DNA of 26,746 nucleotides from a virus. Lineage: Duplodnaviria; Caudoviricetes. Position 1 is the first letter of the stretch. Every line of letters starts with the position of its first letter. The stretch covers positions 1 to 26,746 of the IMG/VR virus record IMGVR_UViG_3300030098_003834; one strand, given 5' to 3'. The notes under the pieces are model-generated. The model searched no databases, was not told the DNA's origin, and worked only from the letters and a program-made list of their open reading frames with translations. Of the stretch, positions 25,558 through 26,746 are shown in pieces. The translations under genes and the position numbers were made by a program.

Positions 25558-26746
25558 ATGGCAAATGAAGAAATATTTTTAGGAAGCGGAGCAAGTATTA
25601 CATTTATACCAGAAAATGATATTTATGTTGGTGGAAAGCATACAAGCGGCTTAGCGTTCAATGGAGGAAGAGGAGAAGTTGATGAAATTAGAGTAGATAG
25701 CGATTTTACTTCTTCCTTCCTATTAGTAACTGATTTGTATAAAGGCTGTTTATTGGAATTTTATAACTCCAGTAACGAACTACAATCAGTACATAGAGTT
25801 TCTTCAAACACTTTAGATGACATCAAATTTTCTCCCAGTTTAACAGATATTGCCGCAGGTTCATATTTTGTAATCAAATCATATGGTGCGCCTGTTCCTG
25901 CCGTTAAGGACGGAACTGGAGGAACAGCCACTAAGAGACTTTTATCTGATGAATGGTTAGGTATTCTTGAAAGTGCTACCTTCCCAACAACAGAAGTTGA
26001 AATGAAACAATTAAATCTATCTCTCGGTGGTTCAAGAAACTATACTTACCAATATAAAGGAATTACTTCTTTTAGTGGAGGTAATCTTGCTTTTGTTTCT
26101 AATCATGCTGCATGGTTCTATTATTTCTTAGGAAAGTGTGATAAGGTAAATGCTACTGTTGCGGGAGTTGGTGGCGGAACTCCTAGTATCTATGCAGTAG
26201 GCGGTGGTGCAGATAATAATAAAATCTTTATTGAAGGAACAGGAGTTTCTGCGGGAACAGGAGTAGATATTGCAGGAGTTAGTGAAACTGGCCCTCTTTT
26301 CTTTAGAACAATCGGTAATAAATTTTGTCCTCCACTTGCTCCACATTTGCATACTTTAAATGATATGGTCACATTAACAAGAGCAAGTGGTTCAACAACA
26401 ATTTCTGACGCAATTACTTACACCTTCAAAGAACAGGATGGTGATTTATTGCCTTCCTTTGCTTTAGAACAAAATCTTTCTAAACTAACTGGCACTAATC
26501 AATACAGAACAAATACTGCTTCGCAAGCAGAAGATTTAAATTTTGTAAAGATTGCAAGAGGTTGTCGAGTAAATACTTTGACAATGACCGCTAACGAGAA
26601 TGAAGAAGTAAAAATGACTCTTGATTTAAGTACCAAAAATGTTCATGACTTAGCACAAGGTGAACGATATGATGCAAGAAGAGGCGTTGATGCTGAAACT
26701 TCTTTCTTCAATTATGAAAGCAGCACAAATACTGACCAAATGAGAG
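25558..26746 (+). CDS. Putative major tail (tube) protein, 3'-truncated (absent from ORF track)
   Basis: ATG 25558 after GGGGGAG, with frame open to the window end. MANEEIFLGSGASITFIPE...WLGILESATFP...LPSFALEQ...IARGCRVNTLTMTANENEEVKMTLDL; the LPSF and GCRVNTLT segments are tail-tube-like. Confidence 0.7.
   Translation, partial: MANEEIFLGSGASITFIPENDIYVGGKHTSGLAFNGGRGEVDEIRVDSDFTSSFLLVTDLYKGCLLEFYNSSNELQSVHRVSSNTLDDIKFSPSLTDIAAGSYFVIKSYGAPVPAVKDGTGGTATKRLLSDEWLGILESATFPTTEVEMKQLNLSLGGSRNYTYQYKGITSFSGGNLAFVSNHAAWFYYFLGKCDKVNATVAGVGGGTPSIYAVGGGADNNKIFIEGTGVSAGTGVDIAGVSETGPLFFRTIGNKFCPPLAPHLHTLNDMVTLTRASGSTTISDAITYTFKEQDGDLLPSFALEQNLSKLTGTNQYRTNTASQAEDLNFVKIARGCRVNTLTMTANENEEVKMTLDLSTKNVHDLAQGERYDARRGVDAETSFFNYESSTNTDQMR

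Noticed and set aside
795-26372. All minus-strand ORFs in the track (e.g. 795-1133, 5638-5967, 15754-16266, 24175-24513, 26128-26352)
   Set aside because: They lie antisense to well-supported + strand genes, have S/F/L-rich shadow composition, and show no RBS or motifs.
1-26746. tRNA, rRNA, CRISPR array, integrase or transposase
   Set aside because: None recognised; intergenic gaps are almost all under about 60 nt, leaving no room for structured RNA genes.

Overview
AT-rich, densely coding window with all credible genes on the + strand. It is the morphogenesis (late) region of a head-tailed dsDNA virus (Caudoviricetes). Gene order: terminase large subunit, LAGLIDADG protein, a cassette of small basic proteins plus a PAP2 phosphatase, portal, ATP-dependent DNA ligase, HK97-type prohead protease/scaffold, major capsid protein, minor structural genes, a membrane-protein/small-GTPase module, head-tail adaptor, tail completion and a truncated tail tube gene. 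Recurrent (G)AGGTGA ribosome-binding sites, a TTTATATA box, the Zn-ribbon-rich proteins and the ATP-dependent ligase suggest an archaeal host. It most resembles viruses of marine Euryarchaeota/Poseidoniales ('magrovirus'-like), which is inference and not database-confirmed. Two things stand out. (1) A short W-x-x-[IL]-[LIH]-K peptide is attached to about 10 unrelated proteins and resembles both the scaffold C-terminus and the ILK sites flanking the protease domain. This suggests a capsid-targeting/cleavage tag system for loading cargo into the head. (2) A five-gene module with two membrane proteins and an Arf/Sar-like small GTPase carrying all five G motifs sits between the head and neck genes. 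All family assignments come from motif recognition by eye; no searches were run.
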